A stretch of DNA of 43,538 nucleotides, from IMG/VR virus record IMGVR_UViG_3300032266_000559, positions 1 through 43,538 of that record, one strand, 5' to 3'. Both the position numbers and the translations under genes were made by a program. Positions within the stretch are counted from its first letter, which is position 1. Each line of letters begins with the position of its first letter. Below the pieces are notes generated by a model. The model did not search any database and was not told the DNA's origin. It was given only the letters and a program-made list of their open reading frames with translations. The DNA comes from a virus (lineage: Duplodnaviria; Caudoviricetes). This document shows positions 1-9,146 of this stretch, piece after piece.

Positions 1-123
1 CGGGCCACGGCCGACAGCGCCAACGCCTCGTCGATCTCGTCGCTGTCCTCCTCGTTCACAAGCTACCAGACCAGCAACAATTCGGCGGTGTCGGCGGCGG
101 CCACGGCCGCCAGCCGCATCCGC
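1..123 (+). repeat. Terminal direct repeat copy 1 (circular assembly overlap)
   Basis: Identical to 43416-43538; lies inside the tail fibre ORF. Confidence 0.95.
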
Positions 124-2910
124 GTGTTCCGCCAGTCGACGACACCAACGGCCGGCGGCATCGGCGACGTGTGGTTCAACACCTCGAACAGCAACAAGCC
201 CTACGCATGGGACGGCACGAGCTGGGTCCTCGTCGATGACCAGCAGATCGCAGCCGTGGCGACCGTCGCCGGCCGCGTCAGGGTGTTTCGCCAGGCCAGC
301 GCGCCGAGCGCCGGCGGCGTGGGTGATGTCTGGTACAACACCGGCGACAGCAATCGCCCCTATGTGTGGGACGGGTCGAGCTGGGTGATCTCGGACGACA
401 CCCGGATCGCGACCGCTCAGGCGGCGATCACCAGCGAGGCGTCGACCCGCGCCACCGCCGACAGCGCGATGGCGTCGCAAATCACCAGCCTGACGGCGAA
501 CCTGACGACGACACAGGCGCAGCTCGCCGACACCGGCCCGATCGAGGCGGTCGTCACCTGGAATTTCAACAACACGGCGGACGGCTGGACGACAAACGGC
601 GCGGTGACAACGGCCACCGTTCAGGCCTCGGCGCTGCGGCTTTCGTCGACCGGCGACATGATCATCTATTCGCCGACAATTTCGATTGATGGATCAAAAG
701 AGTTCTTGGTTCAGGCGCGCGTGACCCGCGTGGCTGGCGCGGGATGGGATGGCACGGTTCTGCATTTCACCGCCGGCCACGGCGAAAGCGCCTCATACTA
801 CAAAAACCTAGCCAATCCCGGCCTGACGGCCGGCCAGTCGGCAATCCTAACCTGGGATATGTCGGCTCTAACGGTCGGCGGCGCCGATTGGATTAGCAAC
901 ACGATCACCAAGATCCGCCTCGACCTCGGCTCGACCAGTGCCGACGTGTTCGATGTCGATTGGGTGGCGATCGGCCACCGCGGCCCCGGAAACTACAACG
1001 TCAGCATCGCCGCCGCGAACGCCGCGATCACGACCGAGCAGACCGCGCGCGTCAACGGTGACAGCGCGAACGCGACCTCGATCACCAATCTGACGACCTC
1101 GTTCAACACCTACAAGACCAGCAACGACGCGGCCCTCGGCACCACAAACAGCAACCTCGGCGCGCTGACGACCCGCGTGACCAGCGCCGAAAGCGCGATC
1201 ACAACCGAGGCCTCGACCAGGTCGTCGGCAGACAGCACCAATGCGACCGCGATCTCGACGCTCAACAGCTCGTTCACCAGCTATCAGACCACGGCGAACG
1301 GCCGTCTCGGCGCCCTCGAGAGCACCACGGGCTCGCTCGGCACCAGGATGACGGCGGCCGAAACGAACATCACAAATGAGGCCTCGACCCGCGCATCGGC
1401 TGACACCGCCGAGGCGTCGACCCGATCGGCGCTCGGCGCAAGCGTCCAAACCCAAATCACAAACCTGGGCTCGGGCACCGCTCAGCAGGTTTTCAAGCAA
1501 GGTTCAGCGCCGACGGTCGATCAGGTCTGCCCGCCCGGCAAAAACCGCTTGAACCAATCGTCTTTTGTTGACGGCGTTTTCAACTATTGGAAGATCACCA
1601 CAACTTACACGGGCAGTTCTGATCGTGGCCTGTTCGCCACAACCGACACCTGGACACCGCCGGGCGCTCGAAACGTTTTCGTTCACCTTGCAGGCACTCC
1701 TGCAAGCGGAACATATATGGGTCTGTATAATGATGGTTTGGACGGGTCGCCCCGCTATGCGGTGACGGCTGGCCAGAAATACGAATTTTCGGCCTACCTG
1801 GCCAACCATCGACTGCAGGGCGTCACGGCAAGGATCGTCTGGTTTAACGCGACCCCAACTTATCTGGGAACGTCGTCCTCGACGACGGTCACGACACAAG
1901 GCGGCGGCAGCGGCAACAAACTCAGCACTTTCGAGCGGGTTTTCGTCATTGCAACCGCTCCGGCCGGTGCGACGCAATGCTATCTCGTCGTCGACGGCAC
2001 CGCCAACGGCACGGCTGATCCCTACATCATGCTGGTCAAGCCGTTCTTCGGCCTTGCCGAGCCCGACCAGACCGTGCCCTCGCCATGGGTCGACGCCAAC
2101 ACCGGCGCGATCTGGTTGAACACGTCCGACAACTACCGGATGTCGGTCTGGAACGGGCTCGCGTGGGAGCTGCGCGACGATCAGCGCATTGCCGTTAACG
2201 CCGCCGCCATCACATCCGAGGCCAGCACCAGGGCCACGGCCGACAGCGCCAATGCCTCGGCGATCACGTCGCTGACGACAACCGTCAACGGCAACACCGC
2301 CTCGATCACCAGCCAGCAGACGTCGATCAACGGCCTGTCGGCGCTCAAGACGCTGACCGTCAACGCCGGCGGCGCCATCGCCGGCTATTCAATCTATGCG
2401 GGCGGCGGTTCCTCCACCTTCCGCATTCAGGCCGAAAATTTCGAGGTGATAGGCTCGGGCGGCTCTGGCGCCGCACCGTTCCGCGTCTCCGGCGGCGTGA
2501 CCTACATCAACGAAGCGCGGATCGCCAACGGTGCCGTGTCCGAGGTCACGGCCGGGATGGCCGCGGGCTATGTCGATCTTGCCGTGACGGTCGAGGCCGG
2601 CGCGAAATTGGTTTTCATCCTGAGCACACTTGGCGGCAATCTCCAGCCAGCCATGGAGCTTTACGACCTGACGGGTGGCGCCAGCGTCGTCAACATCGCG
2701 CCGTCGTCCTATTCGTTCAGCCTCTGGGTCTCGACCGGACCAGATAGCGGCTACTATGCCACGCAATACATCTACCAGCCGACGACTTACCAGTGGGTGT
2801 TGACGCCCAGTTATACTGGCTATCGAGCGTTCCGACTGCGCAATAACACCGGCAATCTGACGTCGGGCTATGCAACCGTCATCATGACCATCATGCAGCT
2901 CAAGAAGTGA
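1..2910 (+). CDS. Long tail fibre / host-specificity protein, 3' part (continues from 42975 across the junction; ~1116 aa in total)
   Basis: Repeated TEASTRATADSA coiled-coil motifs, xVFRQ..P..GDVWFNT..WDG.SW modules and CBM-like domains; in frame with the GTG at 42975. Confidence 0.85.
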   Translation, partial: RATADSANASSISSLSSSFTSYQTSNNSAVSAAATAASRIRVFRQSTTPTAGGIGDVWFNTSNSNKPYAWDGTSWVLVDDQQIAAVATVAGRVRVFRQASAPSAGGVGDVWYNTGDSNRPYVWDGSSWVISDDTRIATAQAAITSEASTRATADSAMASQITSLTANLTTTQAQLADTGPIEAVVTWNFNNTADGWTTNGAVTTATVQASALRLSSTGDMIIYSPTISIDGSKEFLVQARVTRVAGAGWDGTVLHFTAGHGESASYYKNLANPGLTAGQSAILTWDMSALTVGGADWISNTITKIRLDLGSTSADVFDVDWVAIGHRGPGNYNVSIAAANAAITTEQTARVNGDSANATSITNLTTSFNTYKTSNDAALGTTNSNLGALTTRVTSAESAITTEASTRSSADSTNATAISTLNSSFTSYQTTANGRLGALESTTGSLGTRMTAAETNITNEASTRASADTAEASTRSALGASVQTQITNLGSGTAQQVFKQGSAPTVDQVCPPGKNRLNQSSFVDGVFNYWKITTTYTGSSDRGLFATTDTWTPPGARNVFVHLAGTPASGTYMGLYNDGLDGSPRYAVTAGQKYEFSAYLANHRLQGVTARIVWFNATPTYLGTSSSTTVTTQGGGSGNKLSTFERVFVIATAPAGATQCYLVVDGTANGTADPYIMLVKPFFGLAEPDQTVPSPWVDANTGAIWLNTSDNYRMSVWNGLAWELRDDQRIAVNAAAITSEASTRATADSANASAITSLTTTVNGNTASITSQQTSINGLSALKTLTVNAGGAIAGYSIYAGGGSSTFRIQAENFEVIGSGGSGAAPFRVSGGVTYINEARIANGAVSEVTAGMAAGYVDLAVTVEAGAKLVFILSTLGGNLQPAMELYDLTGGASVVNIAPSSYSFSLWVSTGPDSGYYATQYIYQPTTYQWVLTPSYTGYRAFRLRNNTGNLTSGYATVIMTIMQLKK

Positions 2911-2914
2911 CGCC

Positions 2915-3166
2915 ATGATCCCGCCAACCGAAAGCGGCCATTCCGACTATGCGGTGTTCGATCCCGACAACGGGATCGTGCGCCAGGTCGGCACCTATCC
3001 CGACTCCATGCTGGCGGCGCTGATCGTCAGCGGCTCGCCGATCCTGCCGATCAAAGCGCAGATCGGCGATCGCATCGACCTGGCGACCGGCGAGATCGTG
3101 CCGCCGGCCGCCGGCGTCACCCTGGGCGACCGGGTGTTTCACGGGCCGGTCCAGCCGCCCGCCTGA
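2915..3166 (+). CDS. Small tail-fibre-associated protein (83 aa)
   Basis: Starts 4 nt after the fibre stop; position typical of a fibre chaperone. Confidence 0.55.
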   Translation: MIPPTESGHSDYAVFDPDNGIVRQVGTYPDSMLAALIVSGSPILPIKAQIGDRIDLATGEIVPPAAGVTLGDRVFHGPVQPPA

Positions 3167-3192
3167 CGCCCGCCCGAACCTGAACCCGTCGC

Positions 3193-3216
3193 AGCCCGCT
3201 TGAGCGGGCTTTTTTT
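3193..3216 (+). terminator. Intrinsic terminator between tail and lysis genes
   Basis: AGCCCGC-TTGA-GCGGGCT followed by T6. Confidence 0.8.
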
Positions 3217-3234
3217 ATGGCCGGAGCCGATCCC

Positions 3235-4026
3235 ATGTCGACCATCACGACTGCCATGCTGCGCGAGATTGCGCCGGGCGCCGACCCGAAACTGCTCGCC
3301 ACCCTCGCGCCGGCGCTCGCCACGACGCTGGCGGCCAACGGCATCGACACGCCGCTGCGCCAGGCGCATTTCATCGCGCAGGCGGCGCACGAGACGGGTG
3401 GATTCCACACGCTCGAAGAATATGGCGGGCCGAGCTACTTCGCCCGCTATGACGGCCGGAAGGACCTCTGCAACGTCCGCTCGGGCGACGGCGCGCGGTT
3501 TCACGGCCGCGGGATTTTCCAGCTTACCGGCCGCGTGAACTACGAGGCCTACGGCAAGCGCCTCGGCATCGACCTGGTCAACAACCCGGCGCTGGCGGCG
3601 TCGCCGGCCATTTCGGTCCGGATCGCCGCGGCGTTCTGGACGGCGAAGGGCCTGAACGCCTGGGCCGACCGCGATGACGTGGTCGAGATCACGCGCCGGA
3701 TCAATGGCGGCCGCAACGGCCTCGCCGAGCGCCGGCGCTACCTCACCGCCGCAAAGGCGCAGCTTGGCGTCCTGGCGCCGCTCGGCCTTGTCTTGGCCGC
3801 GGACCAGCCGGCACCGGCAGAGGACATTCCCGACGCGCCGATCGCCGCCGACCCGACCAAACGCTGGTTCGAGTCCGACACCGTCCGCGGCTCGCTGCTG
3901 TCGGCAATCCCGGGCCTGCTGGCGGCCGTGCAGTCGCCCTGGGGCCTCGCCGCCCTGTTCGCCATCCCGATCGCCGTCGGGACCGGGATCGTGATCTACA
4001 AGCGGCTGACGCGGGACCCGGTCTGA
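3235..4026 (+). CDS. GH19 (chitinase-like) endolysin with hydrophobic C-terminal extension
   Basis: AHETGGF..E and GDGARFHGRGIFQLTGRVNY motifs, ITRRINGG; GGAG RBS before the ATG at 3235. Confidence 0.9.
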   Translation: MSTITTAMLREIAPGADPKLLATLAPALATTLAANGIDTPLRQAHFIAQAAHETGGFHTLEEYGGPSYFARYDGRKDLCNVRSGDGARFHGRGIFQLTGRVNYEAYGKRLGIDLVNNPALAASPAISVRIAAAFWTAKGLNAWADRDDVVEITRRINGGRNGLAERRRYLTAAKAQLGVLAPLGLVLAADQPAPAEDIPDAPIAADPTKRWFESDTVRGSLLSAIPGLLAAVQSPWGLAALFAIPIAVGTGIVIYKRLTRDPV

Positions 4027-4412
4027 TGCCGTTCCTCTCGCTGCTGGTCTCGCCGATCGGCCGCTGGGCCGCGGCCCTCCTCTTCGCCATGACGTTGATC
4101 GGCGCCGCCTACCTCAAGGGCCGCGCCGATCGTGCGGCCCTCGACGAGAGCGCAGCCCTGCGCGCCAGCAACGCCGCGCTGGTCGAGCAGCTCGACAGCA
4201 CCCGCAAGGTCGCCGACGCCGCCAACGCCCGCGCCGAGCGCGCCGCGGCCGACCAGGCCGCCACGACGGAAAGGATCGCCGACTATGAAACCGCCCTGGC
4301 CCGCCGTCCGAACGGCGCTTGCGCTCTCAGCCCTGATGATGCTCGCCGGCTGCTCGGCATCGGTGACGGACCGCAAGCCGACCCTGCCGGCGGCGCCCGC
4401 CGGGTTCGGTGA
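4026..4412 (+). CDS. Inner-membrane spanin (Rz-like)
   Basis: N-terminal TM helix, Ala-rich coiled coil and C-terminal Cys, directly after the endolysin. Confidence 0.7.
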   Translation: MPFLSLLVSPIGRWAAALLFAMTLIGAAYLKGRADRAALDESAALRASNAALVEQLDSTRKVADAANARAERAAADQAATTERIADYETALARRPNGACALSPDDARRLLGIGDGPQADPAGGARRVR

Positions 4413-4566
4413 ACCGGTGCCGGTTCCAACGCCGCGAGCCGGCCAGGACGCCCGCGCTGTGGCCGCGAGGGCCTATGGGGCGCTGCGCCAGGCCAACGGC
4501 CGCCTGGTGGCCGACCGCGCGTTCTATGACGACGTCCGCACTCGTTTCTCGGAGCCGCCCCGATGA
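4285..4566 (+). CDS. Outer-membrane lipoprotein spanin (Rz1-like), overlapping the Rz-like gene
   Basis: MKPPWPAVRTALALSALMMLAG-C lipobox, Pro-rich mature part, different frame within the Rz-like gene. Confidence 0.7.
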   Translation: MKPPWPAVRTALALSALMMLAGCSASVTDRKPTLPAAPAGFGEPVPVPTPRAGQDARAVAARAYGALRQANGRLVADRAFYDDVRTRFSEPPR

Positions 4567-4889
4567 CGCCGCTCGACATGATTTTCGGCCTCGGGATGGC
4601 CATCCTCGCCGCCGGCAATGTGTGGGCCGTCCGCGCCGCCAATGAAGCGGCGGCGGACAGAAAGGCCATGCGAGCCGAGCTGCAGGAGCTGCGCAACGCG
4701 CGTGCGGAGGATCGGCTCGACGCCGCAAAGACCTACGTCGCGCGCGAGCATCTCGAAGCACTCGACGAGCGGATCGTCCGAACCGAGGAGCGGCTCCTCG
4801 CCGAGTTCCGCGAGTTCCGGACCTCGATCACCGCAGCCCTGTCGACCCTCGCCGTCGGTCGGCGGGCTCAACCGCGTCAAGGTGAATGA
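4563..4889 (+). CDS. Membrane protein, possible holin/antiholin
   Basis: N-terminal TM helix plus coiled coil, in the lysis cassette, ATGA overlap. Confidence 0.5.
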   Translation: MTPLDMIFGLGMAILAAGNVWAVRAANEAAADRKAMRAELQELRNARAEDRLDAAKTYVAREHLEALDERIVRTEERLLAEFREFRTSITAALSTLAVGRRAQPRQGE

Positions 4890-6221
4890 ATGGCTCGTTC
4901 CTCACTGAAGTGGCCCGCCGAGATCCGCGCGGCCGTGCTGGCGGCGCTGGCCGCCGGCGAGCGGCCGTCGCATGTCGCTCAGCGGCTTGGCGTGGGCGCC
5001 GGCACGGTGCGGCGCTACAAGCTCGAAGCGACCCGCGCCGGCCTCGCCGCCGCCCTGGCGCCGCAAGGCGCCGGCAAGCCCGCCTCCGGCGCCGCAAAGG
5101 ACCCGCCACCGCCGCCGATGGCGCCTGCGGCCGAGGTCCGCCTGCGCGACGAGCTGGCGCGCGCCCGGCGCGAGCGCGACGAGGCGCTGCGCACGGCCAA
5201 TCGCGACGAGGACATGCGGCGCGAGCTATGGCGCCTGGCGCCGATTCCCGCGCCGGTCCTCTTCACCCGGCCACCGGCGAGCGACCCGCGCGCCGAAACC
5301 GTCGTCGTGTTCGCCTCCGACTGGCATTTCGGCGACCGCATCGACCTCGAAAAGATGGACGGCCTCAACAGCTATACGGCCGCGATCGCCCAGGCGCGCG
5401 CCGGCCGGCTGTTTTCGACGGTGGCCGACCTGACAACCCGCCATTGGGCCGGCCCGGCGCCCGCGCGGCTGATCATCATCCTCGGCGGCGACATGATCAG
5501 CGGCGAGATCCACGAGGAGCTGGACAAGGCCAACGAGTTGCGCTCGATCGACGCCGCGCAGCATTGCGCGTCGTCCATCATGGGCGGCCTGACATGCCTC
5601 CTCGAGGCGCTGCCGGGCGTCCCGATCGAGGTCATAACCTTGCCAGGGAACCATGGCAGGACGACCCGCAAGCCGCAGTCCAAGTTCGTGAACGACTCCT
5701 ACGACGTCCACATCAGCAACATCGTCGAGGCCCATTTCGCCGCGACCAAGGAACGCCGGATCAAATTTTGGGCGCCGGTGTCGGGCGACGCCGTGTTCTC
5801 GGTCGACGGCTGGGTCGTCCTGGCCACCCATGGCGACCGGATCGGCAGCAGGGGAGGGCAGGGGTTCGTTGGCCCGGCGGCCACGGCCGCGCGCGGGTTC
5901 AAGCGCCTCGTCGCGGACTATGCCACGCGCGGCACGATCGTCGACCTGGTGCTGTGCGGCCACTTCCACACGCCGCTGCGCCTTGAGGAGGGCTACGTCT
6001 GCGGCACGCTGGCCGGGCCAAGCGAGTACGCCCGCGACGGCAGGTTCAGGCCGCACCCGGCGAGCCAGCTGTTCCTCGCGATTCATCCGAGGCGTGGCGT
6101 CACTCAGGTCCGCGAGATCTCCGTCGGCGCGCCCGACGAGGGCTCGATCTACCAGGGCCGCGAGGACCGCGGCACGCTGCGCCCGCGCTACCGCGTGCCG
6201 GCCATCAGCGTCCCGCGCTGA
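4890..6221 (+). CDS. HTH-fused calcineurin-like metallophosphoesterase
   Basis: N-terminal HTH; SDWH, GGD, GNHG, HGD and GHFH motifs. Confidence 0.85.
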   Translation: MARSSLKWPAEIRAAVLAALAAGERPSHVAQRLGVGAGTVRRYKLEATRAGLAAALAPQGAGKPASGAAKDPPPPPMAPAAEVRLRDELARARRERDEALRTANRDEDMRRELWRLAPIPAPVLFTRPPASDPRAETVVVFASDWHFGDRIDLEKMDGLNSYTAAIAQARAGRLFSTVADLTTRHWAGPAPARLIIILGGDMISGEIHEELDKANELRSIDAAQHCASSIMGGLTCLLEALPGVPIEVITLPGNHGRTTRKPQSKFVNDSYDVHISNIVEAHFAATKERRIKFWAPVSGDAVFSVDGWVVLATHGDRIGSRGGQGFVGPAATAARGFKRLVADYATRGTIVDLVLCGHFHTPLRLEEGYVCGTLAGPSEYARDGRFRPHPASQLFLAIHPRRGVTQVREISVGAPDEGSIYQGREDRGTLRPRYRVPAISVPR

Positions 6222-6392
6222 CCGTTGCCGCCGGCCGCTACGATGACCCGCTCGAACCGAGGGCGGCATAGTAGCGGCCGACCGTTGACCGTTGACGCTT
6301 AACTTTTCCGACTTTCCAACCAAGGCCCTCCCAAGGCGGGCCGCCGATAGTTGGAAAGAAACACCCTTGACATCAACACCGGAGCCCGACCG

Positions 6393-6719
6393 ATGACTGT
6401 CCGCAAGCCGCGCCAGCCCGAAACCGCCGCCGATCTGCTCGATGCTGCTGCCGTCGTCGTCGGCCAGCGCGAGGGCCAACACGGCGGCAAGTCCGCGAAC
6501 CATGCCGCAATCGCCGCCGTGTGGAATGGCATTCTTGAGGCTCGCGCGATCAACGGCCACGGGTCCCTCGCGCTGCAGGGGTCCGACGTCGCGAACCTGA
6601 TGGAAGGATTGAAAATCGCGCGGCGCTATTCGGGCGGGTTCAACGCCGACGATTATCTCGACGGCGCCGGCTATGCGGCCTGCGCCTACGAGGTCCGCAA
6701 GGGCGAGGTCGAAAGCTGA
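6393..6719 (+). CDS. DUF6378-like phage protein
   Basis: R..QHG...IA..W...KIAR...DDYLDGAGYAAC pattern; GGAG RBS. Confidence 0.7.
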   Translation: MTVRKPRQPETAADLLDAAAVVVGQREGQHGGKSANHAAIAAVWNGILEARAINGHGSLALQGSDVANLMEGLKIARRYSGGFNADDYLDGAGYAACAYEVRKGEVES

Positions 6720-6948
6720 TCCTCGGCGGTTAGATACAACCGCCGGAGGTTGTATCTACCGCCTCCCGGCGGTCAATTTCGGTTTGCCACTGGCAAAAAT
6801 TCTCTTTGGGAATCAACGGCGGAACTTGTGACCGTTTGCCACGTCAACCCTTTGGCATTGTTGCGTTTATCGTTAAGGCTTCGTTAAACTGGGCCTTGTG
6901 ATTTCAACGGGTTATAGGCCAAGTTTGCCAAGGTTTGCCAACCGGCGT
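6720..6948. other. Putative attP region
   Basis: AT-richer intergenic region at the integrase 3' end; GTTTGCCA x4 (6782, 6834, 6923, 6933) plus inverted TGGCAAA (6791) as arm-type sites; IHF-like TTTCAAcgggTTA at 6902. Confidence 0.6.
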
Positions 6949-7962
6949 TCACGTCTCGTCCAATTCGCGCTTCGCCATGGCTGATCGCGCAAGGCGTTTT
7001 TGGTCCGCCGACCGGGTGTAATGCGTCACCATCGCCGGCGTCCGATGACCGGTGATGGACATGATCTCGCGGTCGCTGCAGCCGGCCTCGGCCAACGCCG
7101 CCGCGGCCGACTTCCGCAAGCCGTGCAGCACGCAACCATCCGGCAAGCCCGCGTCGTCGATCGCCCGGGCGAACCAATCGCCCAGCCCGTTCGACGTAAA
7201 CGGTCGGCCGCTCGGCTGATGCAGGATCATGACGGCCTGGCGCTCGACGCCAACGAGCTCGACGCTAAGGGCCGAATGCTCGGGCACGGCCAGCGCCTCG
7301 CCCGTCTTTTCCTGCACCACATGAATCAGCCCGTCGCGGCGGGCGTGCCATGTCATCGCGGCGAGGTCGCCCCGACGCTGGCCGGTATAAAGCGCCAGCA
7401 AAAAGCAGCGCCGCTCCATGGAGCCAGCAGGCCAGCGCGCCAGAAATGCCGCGTGCTCGGCAATCGTCCAGGCGCGATGCTCGCCAAGCCGGAATCGTTT
7501 CAGTCCGCGCGCCGGATTGTCCTGGCGATACGAGCGGTCGACCGCGAACGCCATCAGCACGGCGACGACAGACAGCACCAGATTCGCCCAGCCTGGCCGG
7601 TCGGCCAGCTCGGCGTTCGTGTTCTGCAAATGCTTACGGGTGACTTGCGCGACGGGCAGCGCCGCGCCCGGCCTCGCGCCGAGGAAGTCGATCACGCGCA
7701 TGTAAAGCTTGCGCGACTTCGGCTTGAGGCTGTGGAATTCCGGCGAGCCCTGATACTCGGCCATCAGGGCCGCCATCGTTCCAGCCGCGTGGCGGGGCGT
7801 ATGTGGCCGATCGTCGGCGGCTGCGCGGTAGGCGTCCAGAAACGCACCCATGCCATCAGCCGGGTCTGGGAGCGGTTTGCGGGTGCCGCCGCGGCGGTAA
7901 TAGAAGCGAACCCGGCCGTGTCGGTCCCGGAATCGGTGGACATATGGCAGCGGTGTTTTCAC
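6949..7962 (-). CDS. int: Tyrosine recombinase (integrase)
   Basis: TGQRRGD, HGLRK, TGH and HYT catalytic R-H-R-H-Y residues; N-terminal arm-binding-like RDRHGRVRFYYR. Confidence 0.95.
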   Translation of the reverse strand: MKTPLPYVHRFRDRHGRVRFYYRRGGTRKPLPDPADGMGAFLDAYRAAADDRPHTPRHAAGTMAALMAEYQGSPEFHSLKPKSRKLYMRVIDFLGARPGAALPVAQVTRKHLQNTNAELADRPGWANLVLSVVAVLMAFAVDRSYRQDNPARGLKRFRLGEHRAWTIAEHAAFLARWPAGSMERRCFLLALYTGQRRGDLAAMTWHARRDGLIHVVQEKTGEALAVPEHSALSVELVGVERQAVMILHQPSGRPFTSNGLGDWFARAIDDAGLPDGCVLHGLRKSAAAALAEAGCSDREIMSITGHRTPAMVTHYTRSADQKRLARSAMAKRELDET

Positions 7963-8195
7963 AAGCGGTCCGCGATTGCGATCTGCGCAGGATCTGTGGC
8001 GTATCGCAGATCCTTGAATGCATCCCGCAGATCGTCAACGTCCCAGATGCGGCACCCGTCGATTGCGCGCGGCGGCGGCATCCGCCCGGCGGCCACGAGC
8101 TCGCGAAACTTGGACGGCGACACGCCGACAGACGCCGCGGCTTCCGGCTCGCGCAGTCCGAACACGATCGGCACAGCCACGGCGCGGCGTGTCAT
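7959..8195 (-). CDS. Excisionase / AlpA-like HTH protein
   Basis: EAAASVGVSPSKFRELVAAGRMPPP..WDVDDL; overlaps the int start. Confidence 0.8.
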   Translation of the reverse strand: MTRRAVAVPIVFGLREPEAAASVGVSPSKFRELVAAGRMPPPRAIDGCRIWDVDDLRDAFKDLRYATDPAQIAIADRL

Positions 8196-8668
8196 GTCAG
8201 CACTCCTCGCCAACTCCGGGGCAACGCTCGCTCAAGCCAAACGAGCGCCTCGCTCCGCCGACCGCACGTCAACTCCGCCGTGGCAATATCCAATTCCTGA
8301 AAATCGATTGTATCGTCGTTGATTATCTGCCGGATGGCGCAGATATCTTTCGGCGTTAGTTTGCGGTCCTTGAGTTCGGCGATGATTTCAGCCGTGCTAA
8401 ACTCATCAAGATCGATATCGACATCAACGTCGACGCAGACGCTTGTGCTTCTCGACACCATCTCACCGCTCCTTGTCATTTTGCCGTCAACCTCAAGCGT
8501 CAGCCGGTTGGCCACGCTGAACCACACGGCCACCCGCTCGTCGCCCTTGTAGATCGCGAACCACCAGCGATTGCGGTCCATGCGCTCCATGTGAAAGCTC
8601 ACACCCTCGGCAACGATCTCGTCGAGCTTGCCGTCCTGCCGGCGGATTTCGAAGGTGGGCTCGGTCAT
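8192..8668 (-). CDS. Hypothetical early protein (158 aa)
   Basis: 4-nt overlaps with both neighbours; start re-assigned to MTEPTF. Confidence 0.6.
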   Translation of the reverse strand: MTEPTFEIRRQDGKLDEIVAEGVSFHMERMDRNRWWFAIYKGDERVAVWFSVANRLTLEVDGKMTRSGEMVSRSTSVCVDVDVDIDLDEFSTAEIIAELKDRKLTPKDICAIRQIINDDTIDFQELDIATAELTCGRRSEALVWLERALPRSWRGVLT

Positions 8669-8904
8669 GGCGCGCGATCCTCGGTCGGCACAAGCATGTC
8701 GGCGATCCGTCGCGCCAGTTCCCAGGCGCCAGCATCGCGGCAATGACCCGACACCCTGAACGATTTCAGCACCGGAACCTTGGATGGGCCGGGATCGGTC
8801 AAGGTGTCGACCTCGTAGTCTGACACGGCGGCGAGGTCGGAAACGTTGCGGGCTTTCGCGAGCGCGATCGTGCGGCTGTTGATCTCGATCCTGATCGTCA
8901 TCAT
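8665..8904 (-). CDS. Hypothetical early protein (79 aa)
   Basis: Coupled stop/start overlaps in the operon. Confidence 0.65.
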   Translation of the reverse strand: MMTIRIEINSRTIALAKARNVSDLAAVSDYEVDTLTDPGPSKVPVLKSFRVSGHCRDAGAWELARRIADMLVPTEDRAP

Positions 8905-9146
8905 GGCTCGCCGTCCAAATCCCTGCGAGCTGCATCGCGGGCGATCACGAGCGGCTCATATCGCCCCGTCGTAAACGCGGCATCCCAGCGCCGCAGCGCC
9001 CTCTCCATCTGCGCGATCCGCTCGGCCTGCTGGTCGAGGAGGTCGGCGGCTTTACCGAGAATCCAATCGCCCCACGGATCGCCAAGTCTGTTGAGCTTGC
9101 CATCACGCTTTTCTCGTAGCGCGCGCGTCATGTCGCCGTGGTCCAT
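8901..9146 (-). CDS. Hypothetical early protein (81 aa, MDHGDM...)
   Basis: TGATG/ATGA coupling; the longer ORF call runs into the repeat array. Confidence 0.6.
   Translation of the reverse strand: MDHGDMTRALREKRDGKLNRLGDPWGDWILGKAADLLDQQAERIAQMERALRRWDAAFTTGRYEPLVIARDAARRDLDGEP

Noticed and set aside
1-123. Biological terminal repeat of the virion DNA
   Set aside because: Falls mid-gene, and the GpA-type terminase and cos-like site point to cohesive ends near 21800; best explained as assembly overlap
1261-1400. DGR template/variable repeat pair with ~43290-43430
   Set aside because: Differences are not adenine-specific, both copies are coding repeats in the fibre, and no reverse transcriptase is present
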